NCBI GenBank assembly: GCA_000830315.1
Contig: CP010426.1
Coordinates: forward strand, 588,663-652,662
Length of the DNA: 64,000 nt
Reading direction: 5' to 3'
Source of the DNA: an archaeon GW2011_AR20
GTDB taxonomy: Archaea > Nanobdellota > Nanobdellia > SCGC-AAA011-G17 > GW2011-AR20
Under the pieces are notes generated by a model. It made no database searches. It had not been told where the DNA came from and saw nothing but the letters and a program-made list of their open reading frames with translations. Position 1 is the stretch's first letter; the number at the start of each line of letters is the position of its first letter. Of this stretch, positions 9,683 to 19,726 are shown piece after piece. A program made the position numbers and the translations under genes.

Positions 9683-10066
9683 ATGGCCTTGATGCCTATC
9701 GAAATCATTGCGTTTATTTTTATTGTAGTTGCTTTGTTAAAAATAGTTGTTGTAATCTTTAATAAAAAAATCTGGTATGCCAATGTGGTTAAACCAGTGT
9801 ATGGCAATCCTGAAATAAGCACGTTTGTCTTCATTCTCTTGGTATTAATTATTTTTTATTATGTTTTGAAAGATTTAATGCTTAAGGAGGTAATTGCAGT
9901 AATTGCATTGACAAGCATTTTGATGGCACTGGGATTTTTGCAATACCAGAAAGAATTGATGCCTCTGATTAATAGGATTTATAGCAAGAATCTTACCACA
10001 TGGCAGTGGATTTATATTGTTTTTTGGGTGTTTTTGCTTATCCTGGCGCTGTATGAAATATTCTAA
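9683..10066 (+). CDS. Hypothetical membrane protein
   Basis: 127-aa ORF with 3-4 hydrophobic segments. No motif recognised. Confidence 0.4.
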   Translation: MALMPIEIIAFIFIVVALLKIVVVIFNKKIWYANVVKPVYGNPEISTFVFILLVLIIFYYVLKDLMLKEVIAVIALTSILMALGFLQYQKELMPLINRIYSKNLTTWQWIYIVFWVFLLILALYEIF

Positions 10067-10081
10067 CAATAAATTTATATA

Positions 10082-11767
10082 ATGCCCTTTCTTCGTAATT
10101 ATATGGATGCATTCAAGCAGCATATTGTAAAATTACTTAAAAAAAATACCCAAATAAATGAGGACGAAATTTCTACGTTGTTGGAGGTTCCACCAAATCC
10201 AAATTTTGGGGACTATTCTTTTCCATGTTTCCTGCTTGCACAAAATTTAAAGCAAAACCCAGTTGAAGTTGCAAGTAATTTGAGCAAGTATTTTCTTAAA
10301 GATGAATTTATTTCAAGAGTAGAGTGCAAGGGGGCTTATCTCAATTTTTTCATTAACCAGGCCAAATTAAATGAGGTTACTGTGAAAGAAATCTTAAAAC
10401 TAAAAGAAAGATACGGAAGCATGCATCTTAAAGGGAAAAGGGCATTAATAGAGCATACATCAATAAATCCGAATGCAGAACCCCATGTTGGACGGGCGAG
10501 AAACGCGTTTATCGGGGACGCAATTGTAAGATTAATAAGGTTCAATGGATATAAGACAGAGGTTCATTATTATATTAATGACATCGGAAAGCAGATAGCC
10601 ATGCTGGTTTTGGCTGCAAATGGAAAAAAGCCGAAATTTCATGAATTAATTGATTTGTACATTGAAATAAACAAAAAAATAGAGAAAAACCCAGAAATTG
10701 AAAAGAAAGTCTTTGAATTATTAAATAAGCTTGAAAAGGGAAATAAAAAAGTAAAGAAGCAGTTTAATGACATTGTTAAAATATGTGTTGAAGGACAAAA
10801 CGAAATACTAAATGATCTGGGAATTAAATACGACTTCTTTGATTACGAAAGCAAGTACTTATTCAACAAAGACTGCGAGAACTTGCTGAAGGAATTAGTT
10901 AACACAAAAAAACTATTTACAGACAATGAGCAAAGGCAGGTTCTGGATTTGCGCGAATCTTTGGGAGAAGAGCAGGGATTTTTTGTCTTAACAAGGGCAG
11001 ACGGAACCTCTTTGTATGGATTAAGGGATTTGGCTTATACAATTTACAAGATTAAAAAGGCAAAAGACAGGAATATAGTTGTTCTTGGTGAAGATCAAAA
11101 ATTATACTTTACCCAATTAAGAGCCGCATTGAAATTGTTAAATTACAGGGCGCCTGAAATTGTTCATTATTCTTTTGTTTTATTGCAGGAAGGTAAAATG
11201 TCTACAAGAAAAGGCAATGTTGTTCTATTAAGCGAATTTATGAATGAAGCAGAGAAAAAGGCCCGGGGTGAACTGGATAAAAGAAAAAACCAAGATAAGA
11301 GATTAGCCAAGATAATTGGTTATGGGGCTTTGAAATACTCAGTATTAAAAAATTCTCCTGAAAAAAACGTGATATTTGACTGGGATCAGGCTCTGACGTT
11401 TGACGGAGAAAGTTCCCCATATATACAATACTCATATGCAAGGGCAAGTTCAATATTAAAGAAAGTCAAGATGGATAAAAAGTTTAAATTTGACTTATTA
11501 AATAATAAATATGAGATTGAATTAGTTAAATTATTAAGTAATTTTCCAGGCGTGATTAATAAAGCATCGAGAGATTTAAAGCCAAATTACATTGCGAATT
11601 ATTCATATGACCTTGCCCAGAAATTCAATGAATTTTATCATAATTGTCCTGTGATTAAGGAGAGCGGAGAATTAAGGAATACAAGATTAGCTCTGGTTTT
11701 GGCCTTTACTTATGTTATTCAAACTTCTTTGAATTTACTTGGAATAGAAGCTCCTGAAAAAATGTAG
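10082..11767 (+). CDS. argS: Arginyl-tRNA synthetase
   Basis: Class I HIGH-like motif (PNAEPHVGRARNAFIGD). The length (561 aa) and C-terminal DALR-like region fit ArgRS. Confidence 0.88.
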   Translation: MPFLRNYMDAFKQHIVKLLKKNTQINEDEISTLLEVPPNPNFGDYSFPCFLLAQNLKQNPVEVASNLSKYFLKDEFISRVECKGAYLNFFINQAKLNEVTVKEILKLKERYGSMHLKGKRALIEHTSINPNAEPHVGRARNAFIGDAIVRLIRFNGYKTEVHYYINDIGKQIAMLVLAANGKKPKFHELIDLYIEINKKIEKNPEIEKKVFELLNKLEKGNKKVKKQFNDIVKICVEGQNEILNDLGIKYDFFDYESKYLFNKDCENLLKELVNTKKLFTDNEQRQVLDLRESLGEEQGFFVLTRADGTSLYGLRDLAYTIYKIKKAKDRNIVVLGEDQKLYFTQLRAALKLLNYRAPEIVHYSFVLLQEGKMSTRKGNVVLLSEFMNEAEKKARGELDKRKNQDKRLAKIIGYGALKYSVLKNSPEKNVIFDWDQALTFDGESSPYIQYSYARASSILKKVKMDKKFKFDLLNNKYEIELVKLLSNFPGVINKASRDLKPNYIANYSYDLAQKFNEFYHNCPVIKESGELRNTRLALVLAFTYVIQTSLNLLGIEAPEKM

Positions 11768-11802
11768 AAAAGTTTAAAATCATTAAAGATTATAAATAAG
11801 AT

Positions 11803-11961
11803 ATGCCAAAAATACTTGAAGGAAAATCTGTTTTATGTTCTTTTGGTATTCATAAATGGAGTAATATAAAAATGCATATGATTGAAAGTTCTAATGTATG
11901 GGATAAGGAAAAATATTGTTTAAAATGTGGTAAATATAAAAGGTGGAGTGTTCTAAGATAA
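11803..11961 (+). CDS. Small Cys/His-rich protein (52 aa), possibly zinc-binding
   Basis: Unlisted short ORF MPKILEGKSVLCSFGIHKW...CLKCGKYKRW. Its stop abuts the next gene's ATG. Confidence 0.3.
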   Translation: MPKILEGKSVLCSFGIHKWSNIKMHMIESSNVWDKEKYCLKCGKYKRWSVLR

Positions 11962-11962
11962 A

Positions 11963-13240
11963 ATGAGTATCCTCTGTGAATATAAAAGTTGTGAAAGAAT
12001 AGTAACTTTACCTCATAAATGTAAATTTTGTCATAAGATTTATTGTAGTAATCATCTATTGCCGGAAGACCATAGTTGTCAAGAATTACTAGGGATTAAA
12101 AGCACCCCTCCACTTTACAGATATCCATTGAAACCAGATGAATCAAAATCACGACAACCCAATTCAGTTAAAATAAAAAAATCCGAAATTCCAAAGAGAA
12201 TAGAAAAATTTAAGTTTTTTTTAAGATCCAATTATTACAAACTTAAAAACCTGAGTTTAAGAAGAAACCATAATAAATATTCTAATTGGGGTTCTTTTTT
12301 TATGAATGTATTGTGGTTATCCTTAATTTCTTTATTATTTGCTATATTCTATTCGAATGCAGAACAATTAAACAGCATAAAAATATTATTTGTACCTCTG
12401 GGTTTAATTTTATTAATTATTTTTGGAGTAGTATGGATAAAATTTCTATTTAAACTCTTAAAAAAGATAAAATATTGGTTTATCGGAGAACGAAATATTG
12501 TCAGATATATTGTATTAATTTTATTAATTATTCTTGCTTGGTATGGTTATGAGAATAGAGACACAATTTTTAATCCATTAATAAGTTCTTATGAATCTAT
12601 TAATTTTACTGAGATAATACCTATAGATTCGAGTATATCTGATAATGATTATAAAACAACAAATTCTAATTCAAATGAGAATATTAATCAAATAAAACAA
12701 GATGTAGAAAATATATTTAAGAACGAACCAGAAAGGAAAGAGGAATGCAAACAAGGTCTTGATTATGTTAATATAGTAAGAAAAAGTTATGGAAAAACTA
12801 CTTTAGAATGGGATGATAATTTATATGATTTAGCAGTATATCGGGCAAAAGATATGTATGATAGAAAATACTTTGATCACACAACCCCCGATGGAGAATG
12901 TACAAAAGATTTTAAAGCTCAATACGGTTTATCTGAATATAGTATTGCAGAAAATATAGGAGCACAAACTTGGAATAGTGATTATTCTATAGGAAATATT
13001 GCTTATGTAGATACTATAAATGTTAAAGAACAGATAGATATTTGGTTGAGTAGTAGGGGGCATAGATATAACCTACTTTATGATGAACATATTAAAGGAG
13101 CAATTGGTTGTTATTATGGGGTATGTGTATTTTTAGGAGCAAATATAAATCCTTACGGCTTGGGTGCTGGAGAGTGCACAACTGGAGAACAAGGTTTAGC
13201 ATATTGGCAAACAGCTGAACAAGCTCAAGGAGAAGTTTAA
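11963..13240 (+). CDS. Membrane-anchored protein with an N-terminal AN1-type zinc finger and a C-terminal CAP/SCP/PR1-like domain
   Basis: C-x4-C-x9-C-x2-C-x4-C-x2-H-x5-H-x-C at residues 5-39. Two TM helices in the middle. The C-terminus carries CAP-like motifs (GHRYNLL, HIKGAIGCYYG). Confidence 0.55.
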   Translation: MSILCEYKSCERIVTLPHKCKFCHKIYCSNHLLPEDHSCQELLGIKSTPPLYRYPLKPDESKSRQPNSVKIKKSEIPKRIEKFKFFLRSNYYKLKNLSLRRNHNKYSNWGSFFMNVLWLSLISLLFAIFYSNAEQLNSIKILFVPLGLILLIIFGVVWIKFLFKLLKKIKYWFIGERNIVRYIVLILLIILAWYGYENRDTIFNPLISSYESINFTEIIPIDSSISDNDYKTTNSNSNENINQIKQDVENIFKNEPERKEECKQGLDYVNIVRKSYGKTTLEWDDNLYDLAVYRAKDMYDRKYFDHTTPDGECTKDFKAQYGLSEYSIAENIGAQTWNSDYSIGNIAYVDTINVKEQIDIWLSSRGHRYNLLYDEHIKGAIGCYYGVCVFLGANINPYGLGAGECTTGEQGLAYWQTAEQAQGEV

Positions 13241-13305
13241 TAAATGTTAAATTTAAATTCTATCTCATTAGTAAAACATTTAAACTTAGTTCTTAATTTA
13301 ATTCT

Positions 13306-14502
13306 ATGATAATTTCAGTATGCGGAAAACCCAGTGTAGGAAAATCAACTTTCTTTAAAGCAGCTACATTAGCAGAGGTTGAAATAGCCCCGCATCCATT
13401 TACAACAATTAAATCGCAGGAAGGAATTGCATTTGTCAAGATTCCATGTGCAGATAAAGACTTTAATGTTCAATGTAATCCAAGATATGGCTATTGCATA
13501 AACCATAATCGTTTTGTTCCAATAAAATTATTTGATATCCCTGGTTTAATAGAAAATGCCCATTTAGGAGAAGGGTTGGGACTGGAATTTTTAAATGATA
13601 TAAGAGAAGCAGATGCATTAATACATATCATTGATATTTCAGGAAGTACAGATGAAAAAGGAAACCAAGTTCCTCCTTTAAGCCATGATCCAGCAAAGGA
13701 TGTTAAATTTTTGGAAAATGAGCTCGATTACTGGTATTTAAGCGTATTAAAAAAAGGCTGGGAAAAATTCGTCAGAAACCTAAAACAGGAAAATTTGAAT
13801 ATTAAGCAGGCACTGGCAAAACAATTATCGGGGTTAAAAGTAACAGAAGAGATTGTTGAAAGTTCTATTAAAAAATTGAAATTATTGCATCACCCAAGTG
13901 AATGGAGCGAAGATGATCTATTTAATTTAGCAAAGGAATTAAGAAAGATTACAAAGCCAATGATAATTGCAGCTAATAAAATAGATGTAGAAGGAAGCGA
14001 GTTATATTTAGATAAATTAAAAGGAGAATTTCCAGAATATAAAATAATTCCATGTTCTGCAGACTCAGAAATCGCATTGAGGGAAGCTGCAAAACATAAT
14101 TTAATTAAATATGTTCCAGGAGAAAAGGATTTTGAAATTATAGACGAAGATAAACTAACATTAAACCAGTTAAAAGCATTAAGTTATATTAAGGATAATG
14201 TTTTAGAGAAATATGGAACTACAGGTATTCAGGATGTATTAAATTATGCTGTCTTTGAATTATTGAAATATGTTGCAGTATTTCCCGGGGGATTAAACAA
14301 GTTACAGGATTCAGAAGGAAGAGTATTGCCGGATTGTTTTTTGCTTCCTGAAAACTCAACCGCTCTGGATTTTGCATTTAAGCTACATACAGACATCGGA
14401 AATAGTTTTGTTAAGGCGATAAATGTTAGGACAAAGCAAGCCATTGGCAAAGAACATTTGTTAAAGAATTTAGATGTTATTGAGATTAAAACCAGCAAAT
14501 AG
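13306..14502 (+). CDS. Obg-family GTPase (YchF/Ygr210-like) with a C-terminal TGS domain
   Basis: G1 GKPSVGKST, G3 DIPGL, G4 NKID. C-terminal TGS-like segment (YVAVFPGG). Confidence 0.75.
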   Translation: MIISVCGKPSVGKSTFFKAATLAEVEIAPHPFTTIKSQEGIAFVKIPCADKDFNVQCNPRYGYCINHNRFVPIKLFDIPGLIENAHLGEGLGLEFLNDIREADALIHIIDISGSTDEKGNQVPPLSHDPAKDVKFLENELDYWYLSVLKKGWEKFVRNLKQENLNIKQALAKQLSGLKVTEEIVESSIKKLKLLHHPSEWSEDDLFNLAKELRKITKPMIIAANKIDVEGSELYLDKLKGEFPEYKIIPCSADSEIALREAAKHNLIKYVPGEKDFEIIDEDKLTLNQLKALSYIKDNVLEKYGTTGIQDVLNYAVFELLKYVAVFPGGLNKLQDSEGRVLPDCFLLPENSTALDFAFKLHTDIGNSFVKAINVRTKQAIGKEHLLKNLDVIEIKTSK

Positions 14503-14559
14503 TATTAATTCTAAAATTGTAACAAAATACTTATATATAAATAAGATTAGTTAATATTC

Positions 14560-15261
14560 ATGGAAATTATACTGAATAAAAAGCCGAAAAATCCGAGACT
14601 TATAGAAGGATTTCCGGGATTTGGGTTTGTCAGCACAATTACCACTGAATTTTTAATAGAGCATTTAAACGCCAAACAAATAGGAAGAATAGAAAGCAAT
14701 CATATCATGCCGATGGTTGCAATGCATAATTCAAAATTGGTTGATCCGTTAGGAATTTTCTACGATCCTGCGCATAATCTTGTGATATTTCATGCAATAA
14801 CAAATGTGGCTGGATTAGAATGGGAATTGGCCGAAAAATTAAATGCCTTGGCAAAGGAATTAAAGGTTAAGGAGGTTATTAGCATAGAAGGAGTTGCCAG
14901 CAATAGCGAGGACCCAAGGGCTTTTTTCTACAGCAACATAAGCAAATCAACGGAGTTATTAAAGAAAATCAAGATAGAACCATTGAAAGAAGGAATAATA
15001 ATGGGCGTTACAGGAGCATTATTATTGAAATCAAAACTTCCGATGAGTGCTATTTTTGTCGAAACACATTCGCAATTGCCTGATTCAAGGGCTGCTGCAA
15101 AGGTAATCGAAGTTCTTGATAAATATCTTAATTTGAAAGTTGACTACAAACCATTACTTGAGAAAGCAGAGCAATTTGAATCTAAATTGAAAACACTGAT
15201 GCAGCAGAAAAACAAGGCAGAAGAAGAAAAAGACAAAAAAGAGCTCAGTTATTTTGGATGA
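14560..15261 (+). CDS. PAC2-family proteasome assembly chaperone-like protein
   Basis: The N-terminal EGFPGFGFVS motif is typical of archaeal PAC2/PbaA-like proteins. The C-terminal tail is acidic/Lys-rich. Confidence 0.55.
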   Translation: MEIILNKKPKNPRLIEGFPGFGFVSTITTEFLIEHLNAKQIGRIESNHIMPMVAMHNSKLVDPLGIFYDPAHNLVIFHAITNVAGLEWELAEKLNALAKELKVKEVISIEGVASNSEDPRAFFYSNISKSTELLKKIKIEPLKEGIIMGVTGALLLKSKLPMSAIFVETHSQLPDSRAAAKVIEVLDKYLNLKVDYKPLLEKAEQFESKLKTLMQQKNKAEEEKDKKELSYFG

Positions 15262-15583
15262 AATGGATTTAAGCAGAAAGAAATGTGTTGCATGCGAAGG
15301 CTGGATGAAGCCAATGCCTATGTTCTTAGTTAAAAAATACTTAAAAAAAGTTAAAAATTGGAAATTAAAAAAAAGAAAATTATACAAGGAATTTAAATTT
15401 AGGGATTTCAAAACAACATTAAAGTTTGTTAATAAAATCGGGTCAATAGCAGAGAAGGAAGGCCATCATCCAGATATTTATTTTACATGGGGCAAGTGCA
15501 GCATTGAGCTTTACACCCATGCTATAAAAGGATTAAGCGAGAATGATTTTATCTTGGCAGCCAAAATTAATAAGATTAAATAA
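15254..15583 (+). CDS. Pterin-4a-carbinolamine dehydratase (PCD/DCoH)
   Basis: The EGHHPDI...W signature of the PCD family. 109 aa. Confidence 0.8.
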   Translation: MDEMDLSRKKCVACEGWMKPMPMFLVKKYLKKVKNWKLKKRKLYKEFKFRDFKTTLKFVNKIGSIAEKEGHHPDIYFTWGKCSIELYTHAIKGLSENDFILAAKINKIK

Positions 15584-15584
15584 T

Positions 15585-16139
15585 TTATTTCTTAGAGTTC
15601 CTTAATAATCTGGCAGCAATAACCGCACTTATTAAATGGAATGCAGCCATAATGATGAATAACAGCTTAAAGCCAAAATAGCTTACAATCATTCCTCCTA
15701 AAAATGCCGCAATCGAGATAGCCAATCCTGTTCCCATGTTCCAATAGCTCCATTCGCTGCTTTCTTTTCCCTTATCCAATGCCAATGAATAAAGGGCTTC
15801 CCATGCAGGCGCTACTATCGCAACACCAATTCCCATCAAAATTTGCACTAAATATAAATGCAATGCTCTTTGAACAAATAAGAATAATAAATTACCAATT
15901 ATGAGGATTAAATACCCGATAAAGACTGTTTCTTCTTTATTAAATTTCGTATCTTCTAATTTGCCAATGAATGTTGTAAGCAATGCGAACACAGCTGTAT
16001 AAATTGCAAATGAAATGCTCGCAACCATGACATTTCCCCCGATATTCTGCACAAACAATGCATAAATTGGCCCAAGTAAGCCAGAAGAAAAATTACCGAA
16101 GACACTTGCATACAATAATAGCTTTAATTTGATATTCAT
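15585..16139 (-). CDS. MFS-like six-TM membrane protein (half-size, possibly truncated transporter)
   Basis: 184 aa, six hydrophobic segments, MFS-like composition. Confidence 0.4.
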   Translation of the reverse strand: MNIKLKLLLYASVFGNFSSGLLGPIYALFVQNIGGNVMVASISFAIYTAVFALLTTFIGKLEDTKFNKEETVFIGYLILIIGNLLFLFVQRALHLYLVQILMGIGVAIVAPAWEALYSLALDKGKESSEWSYWNMGTGLAISIAAFLGGMIVSYFGFKLLFIIMAAFHLISAVIAARLLRNSKK

Positions 16140-16242
16140 TCAATATTTATACAAAGTTTTCATTTAAATAAATTACCATAACATAATTATCATTTTAAAG
16201 TGATACATAAACTATTTATAACGTGCTAATAGTTTAATTCTG

Positions 16243-18831
16243 ATGAAAACCAAAGAGCATAAACCCGGCATGGAGTTGGTTAAAAAATATGAAAAAAGAC
16301 TTCAGTTAATAAGGGATGAGAGCTCTAAAATTATTGTCGGCCAGGAGCAGGTGATTAATTCTTTATTGCGCGCTTTATTATGCGATGGTCATGTTTTACT
16401 TGAGGGAATCCCAGGAATTGCAAAGACGTTAATCGTACGTACGTTAGCTAAAGTTACAGGATGCGATTACTCAAGAATACAGTTTACAGCTGATTTACTG
16501 CCGACAGATCTGGTTGGATTAACAACTTATATCAAGGAAAAAAATGAATTTCGGGTAAACAAGGGTCCTGTATTTGCAAATTTTGTAATAGCAGATGAAA
16601 TAAACAGGAGTCCTCCAAAATGCGTTTTAGGGGATACAGAAATTTTAACAGCGAACGGGTCTTTAATTAATATTGAGAACATATTCAGCGAATATAGGGG
16701 AGATTTAGCTTCAAGGGAAGATAATGAAGAATTTTACACCTTAAATAAAGAGATTTATATAATGTCTTTTGACCCCAAAGATAAGAAAATAAAACCTAAA
16801 AAAGTTAAATATCTTTATAGACAATTAACCAACCAGCCTTATTATGAAATTATATTAAAATCCGGCAGAAGCATTAAAACCTCGAATATACACCCTTTCT
16901 TTAGTATAAAAGACGGATATATTTATAATTTGAGGGCTAATGAGTTAAAAATTAATGATTGCGTTTTGACTCCAAAAAACATTAGATTGGAAACTAATGA
17001 TAAGATAGAGTATAACGAGGGGGTGATGAAAGAGGTTAAGGTTGCCAAAGAAGAAATTTTTAAAAGGCAGAAGCTATACAATGAAGTTCAAAAATTAAAG
17101 AATAAAAAAATAAATTATATAAAGAATACCCTCGGTTTAGATAACAAATATGCTAATCTAGCTAAGTCATACCTTAAAAGAAAACCCAAGTACATTGATA
17201 TGAAAACAGATGAAAACTCTTTTATAATGTTGCCAAAAAATTATGGTGTTATAAATAAAATTAATATGCCTTCAGAAACTAATAAAGAGCTCATGCACTT
17301 CTTTGCTTTATTGATTTCAGAGGGAAATCAAAAAAATGGAAAATTTTATTTGTCGATGAGGGATAAAAATTTAGTTGAGTATTTTATAAAATTATTAAAA
17401 GAATTATTTAATATAAATACAAGATATTACATCGACAAAAGAAATGGCCAGTATAGGGTATCCTTAAGTTCCAAGCCATTAGAGAAATTAATTTATGCAA
17501 TGAATTATAAAATTAATTCAAATGCCAAAAATAAAGATATTCCAAATTTTATCATGAAAGCGAGTAATGAAAATGTTAAGGAATTTTTAAAAATGTATTA
17601 TGAAGGTGATGGCGGTGTTAGCAGGGATTGCGTAAAAGTCACAAGCAAAAGCAAAATGGTAGCAAATAAACTTAGCTATTTATTGCTAAGATTTGGTTTA
17701 ATAGCCAGAATAAGTTATGAATACAGCAAAAACAATGAAGGGTTTGGTGATTATTATTATAACCTGAGGTTTTACGGGAATGACTTAAATCTTTTTAGAG
17801 AAAAAATGGGGTTTATTTCTGAGGATAAAAATAGCAAACTAGAACAATGCTGCGGGAATGTATCCCTAAATAAAAATGATACTATCCCATTTATCCATTC
17901 TAAAATAAGAGAATTGAGAAAAAATAATAATATTACACATAGAGAATTTTATGAAGCAACTAGAATGCATGCTCATAATATTGAAAATCCTAATAACAGA
18001 TTTGGAATAAGTAGGTATTCTCTAAATTTAATTTGTAATTCATTAAATGGTTTTGAAGAGATTAAGGAAATTATTTTGGGAGATTTTTACTGTGATTATG
18101 TTAAATCAATTAATATCATCTATCCGGAAAAAGATTATTACTTATATGACTTTACAATTGAAGATACACATTCTTTTGTAGCGGGTTTTGGAGGAATAAT
18201 TTCACATAATACCCAATCAGCTTTATTAGAGGCAATGCAGGAACGCCAGGTAACTATTGGAACTAAAACTTATCCTTTGCCTGATCCATTTTTTGTCATG
18301 GCAACTCAGAATCCCATTGAAAGCTCAGGTGTTTACCCGTTGCCAGAAGCTCAGATTGACAGGTTTTTATTCAAGACAAAAATTGTTTATCCAAAACTGA
18401 ATGAAGAAAATGAAATTCTTAAGAAAAATATAACATTGCAGAGATTTGAAGAGATTAAACTAGAGAAAGTGACAAATCAAAACGAATTGATTCAGATGCA
18501 GGACTTCGTAAAGAAGATTTACTTGAGCAAGGAAGTTGAGAATTATGTCATCAGATTAGTTGATGCTACAAGAAATCCGGGCAAATATAAGATTAATTCT
18601 GGTAAATATATTGAATGGGGTGCATCTCCAAGAGGAAGCATTGGCTTGTATATAGCGGGAAAGGCAGAAGCATTAATTCAGGGAAGCAATTTTGTTACCC
18701 CCGTTAATATTAAAACTGTTGCGCATGATGTTTTGCGCCACAGGTTATTACTGAATTATGAAGGGCAGGCTGAGAACATAAAAACAGATGATATCATAAC
18801 CGAAGTTTTGGAAAAAGTTCCTATTCCTTAA
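16243..18831 (+). CDS. MoxR-family AAA+ ATPase interrupted by a 530-aa intein
   Basis: Extein: Walker A GIPGIAKT, Walker B/sensor block ADEINRSPPK | TQSALLEAMQE. This block is contiguous in uninterrupted MoxR proteins. Confidence 0.9.
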   Translation: MKTKEHKPGMELVKKYEKRLQLIRDESSKIIVGQEQVINSLLRALLCDGHVLLEGIPGIAKTLIVRTLAKVTGCDYSRIQFTADLLPTDLVGLTTYIKEKNEFRVNKGPVFANFVIADEINRSPPKCVLGDTEILTANGSLINIENIFSEYRGDLASREDNEEFYTLNKEIYIMSFDPKDKKIKPKKVKYLYRQLTNQPYYEIILKSGRSIKTSNIHPFFSIKDGYIYNLRANELKINDCVLTPKNIRLETNDKIEYNEGVMKEVKVAKEEIFKRQKLYNEVQKLKNKKINYIKNTLGLDNKYANLAKSYLKRKPKYIDMKTDENSFIMLPKNYGVINKINMPSETNKELMHFFALLISEGNQKNGKFYLSMRDKNLVEYFIKLLKELFNINTRYYIDKRNGQYRVSLSSKPLEKLIYAMNYKINSNAKNKDIPNFIMKASNENVKEFLKMYYEGDGGVSRDCVKVTSKSKMVANKLSYLLLRFGLIARISYEYSKNNEGFGDYYYNLRFYGNDLNLFREKMGFISEDKNSKLEQCCGNVSLNKNDTIPFIHSKIRELRKNNNITHREFYEATRMHAHNIENPNNRFGISRYSLNLICNSLNGFEEIKEIILGDFYCDYVKSINIIYPEKDYYLYDFTIEDTHSFVAGFGGIISHNTQSALLEAMQERQVTIGTKTYPLPDPFFVMATQNPIESSGVYPLPEAQIDRFLFKTKIVYPKLNEENEILKKNITLQRFEEIKLEKVTNQNELIQMQDFVKKIYLSKEVENYVIRLVDATRNPGKYKINSGKYIEWGASPRGSIGLYIAGKAEALIQGSNFVTPVNIKTVAHDVLRHRLLLNYEGQAENIKTDDIITEVLEKVPIP
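16621..18210 (+). other. Intein with a LAGLIDADG homing endonuclease domain inside moxR
   Basis: Begins with Cys (CVLGDTEI), ends in SHN followed by Thr +1. Internal motifs FALLISEGN and YYEGDGG. The flanking extein sequence is seamless. Confidence 0.8.
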
Positions 18832-18832
18832 A

Positions 18833-19726
18833 ATGCCCAAGAAATTCTTCAAAGTTGATTTAGTGCCTGCATTAAGAAGGCTTGAGATGCTTTCTAAGAG
18901 TTTAACTACATCAAGGGTTGTAGGTGCTTACAGGAGCGTTTTTAAGGGGAAGGGTCTGGAGTTTAGCGGTTATCGCGAGTATACTTCAGAAGACGACGCT
19001 AACTTAATTGACTGGAAAGCTAGTGCAAGAACAAATGAAATCCTGCTTAAGGAATACAGTGAAGAGCGTGAGATAGATGTTTTTTTCCTGATTGATTCAA
19101 GCTCGAATATGCTGTTCGGAAGCACGCAGAAGTTAAAGGCAGAATATATAATTGAGTTAACAGCATCGTTAAGTCATGCTATTTTAGAAGCCGGAGACAA
19201 TGTTGGAATGGCACTTTATACAGACAAGGCCAAGTCACCTTTAATCCCTTCTCGTGGAAAAACTCAATTCTATCAAATTTCAAAAGTTTTACTCAATGTA
19301 GAAAATTACGGCGGCAATTTTGATTTGAAAGATGCGGCCAAATTTATTTTCAATTACCTGAAGAAGAACGCAGTTATAATTATAATTTCTGATCTTCTTG
19401 GCTGGAAAGATGAATGGGAAGATGTAATGGAAACATTAAATACAAGATTTGATGTTATCTGCATAATGGTCCGCGACCCCAGGGATAAGACCTTGCCGGT
19501 TGATGTCGGAGAAGTTGTGATTCAGGATCCTAAAACAGGCAAGACATTATTAATTGAGCCAGAATTAATCAAGCATTCTTACGAAAGTATAGTTAAGGAA
19601 CAGGAGGAAAAAATTAAAAAAACTTTATTTAAGGCAAATGTGGACTTTGTTGATATTACAACAGACGAATCTTTTGTTAAACCAATATTAAACTTATTCT
19701 TGAGGAGAGCGAAAAGATGGCGTTAA
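18833..19726 (+). CDS. DUF58-family protein (MoxR-associated)
   Basis: Signature GYREYTSEDDANLIDWKASAR. Adjacent to moxR with a 1-nt spacer. Confidence 0.85.
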   Translation: MPKKFFKVDLVPALRRLEMLSKSLTTSRVVGAYRSVFKGKGLEFSGYREYTSEDDANLIDWKASARTNEILLKEYSEEREIDVFFLIDSSSNMLFGSTQKLKAEYIIELTASLSHAILEAGDNVGMALYTDKAKSPLIPSRGKTQFYQISKVLLNVENYGGNFDLKDAAKFIFNYLKKNAVIIIISDLLGWKDEWEDVMETLNTRFDVICIMVRDPRDKTLPVDVGEVVIQDPKTGKTLLIEPELIKHSYESIVKEQEEKIKKTLFKANVDFVDITTDESFVKPILNLFLRRAKRWR

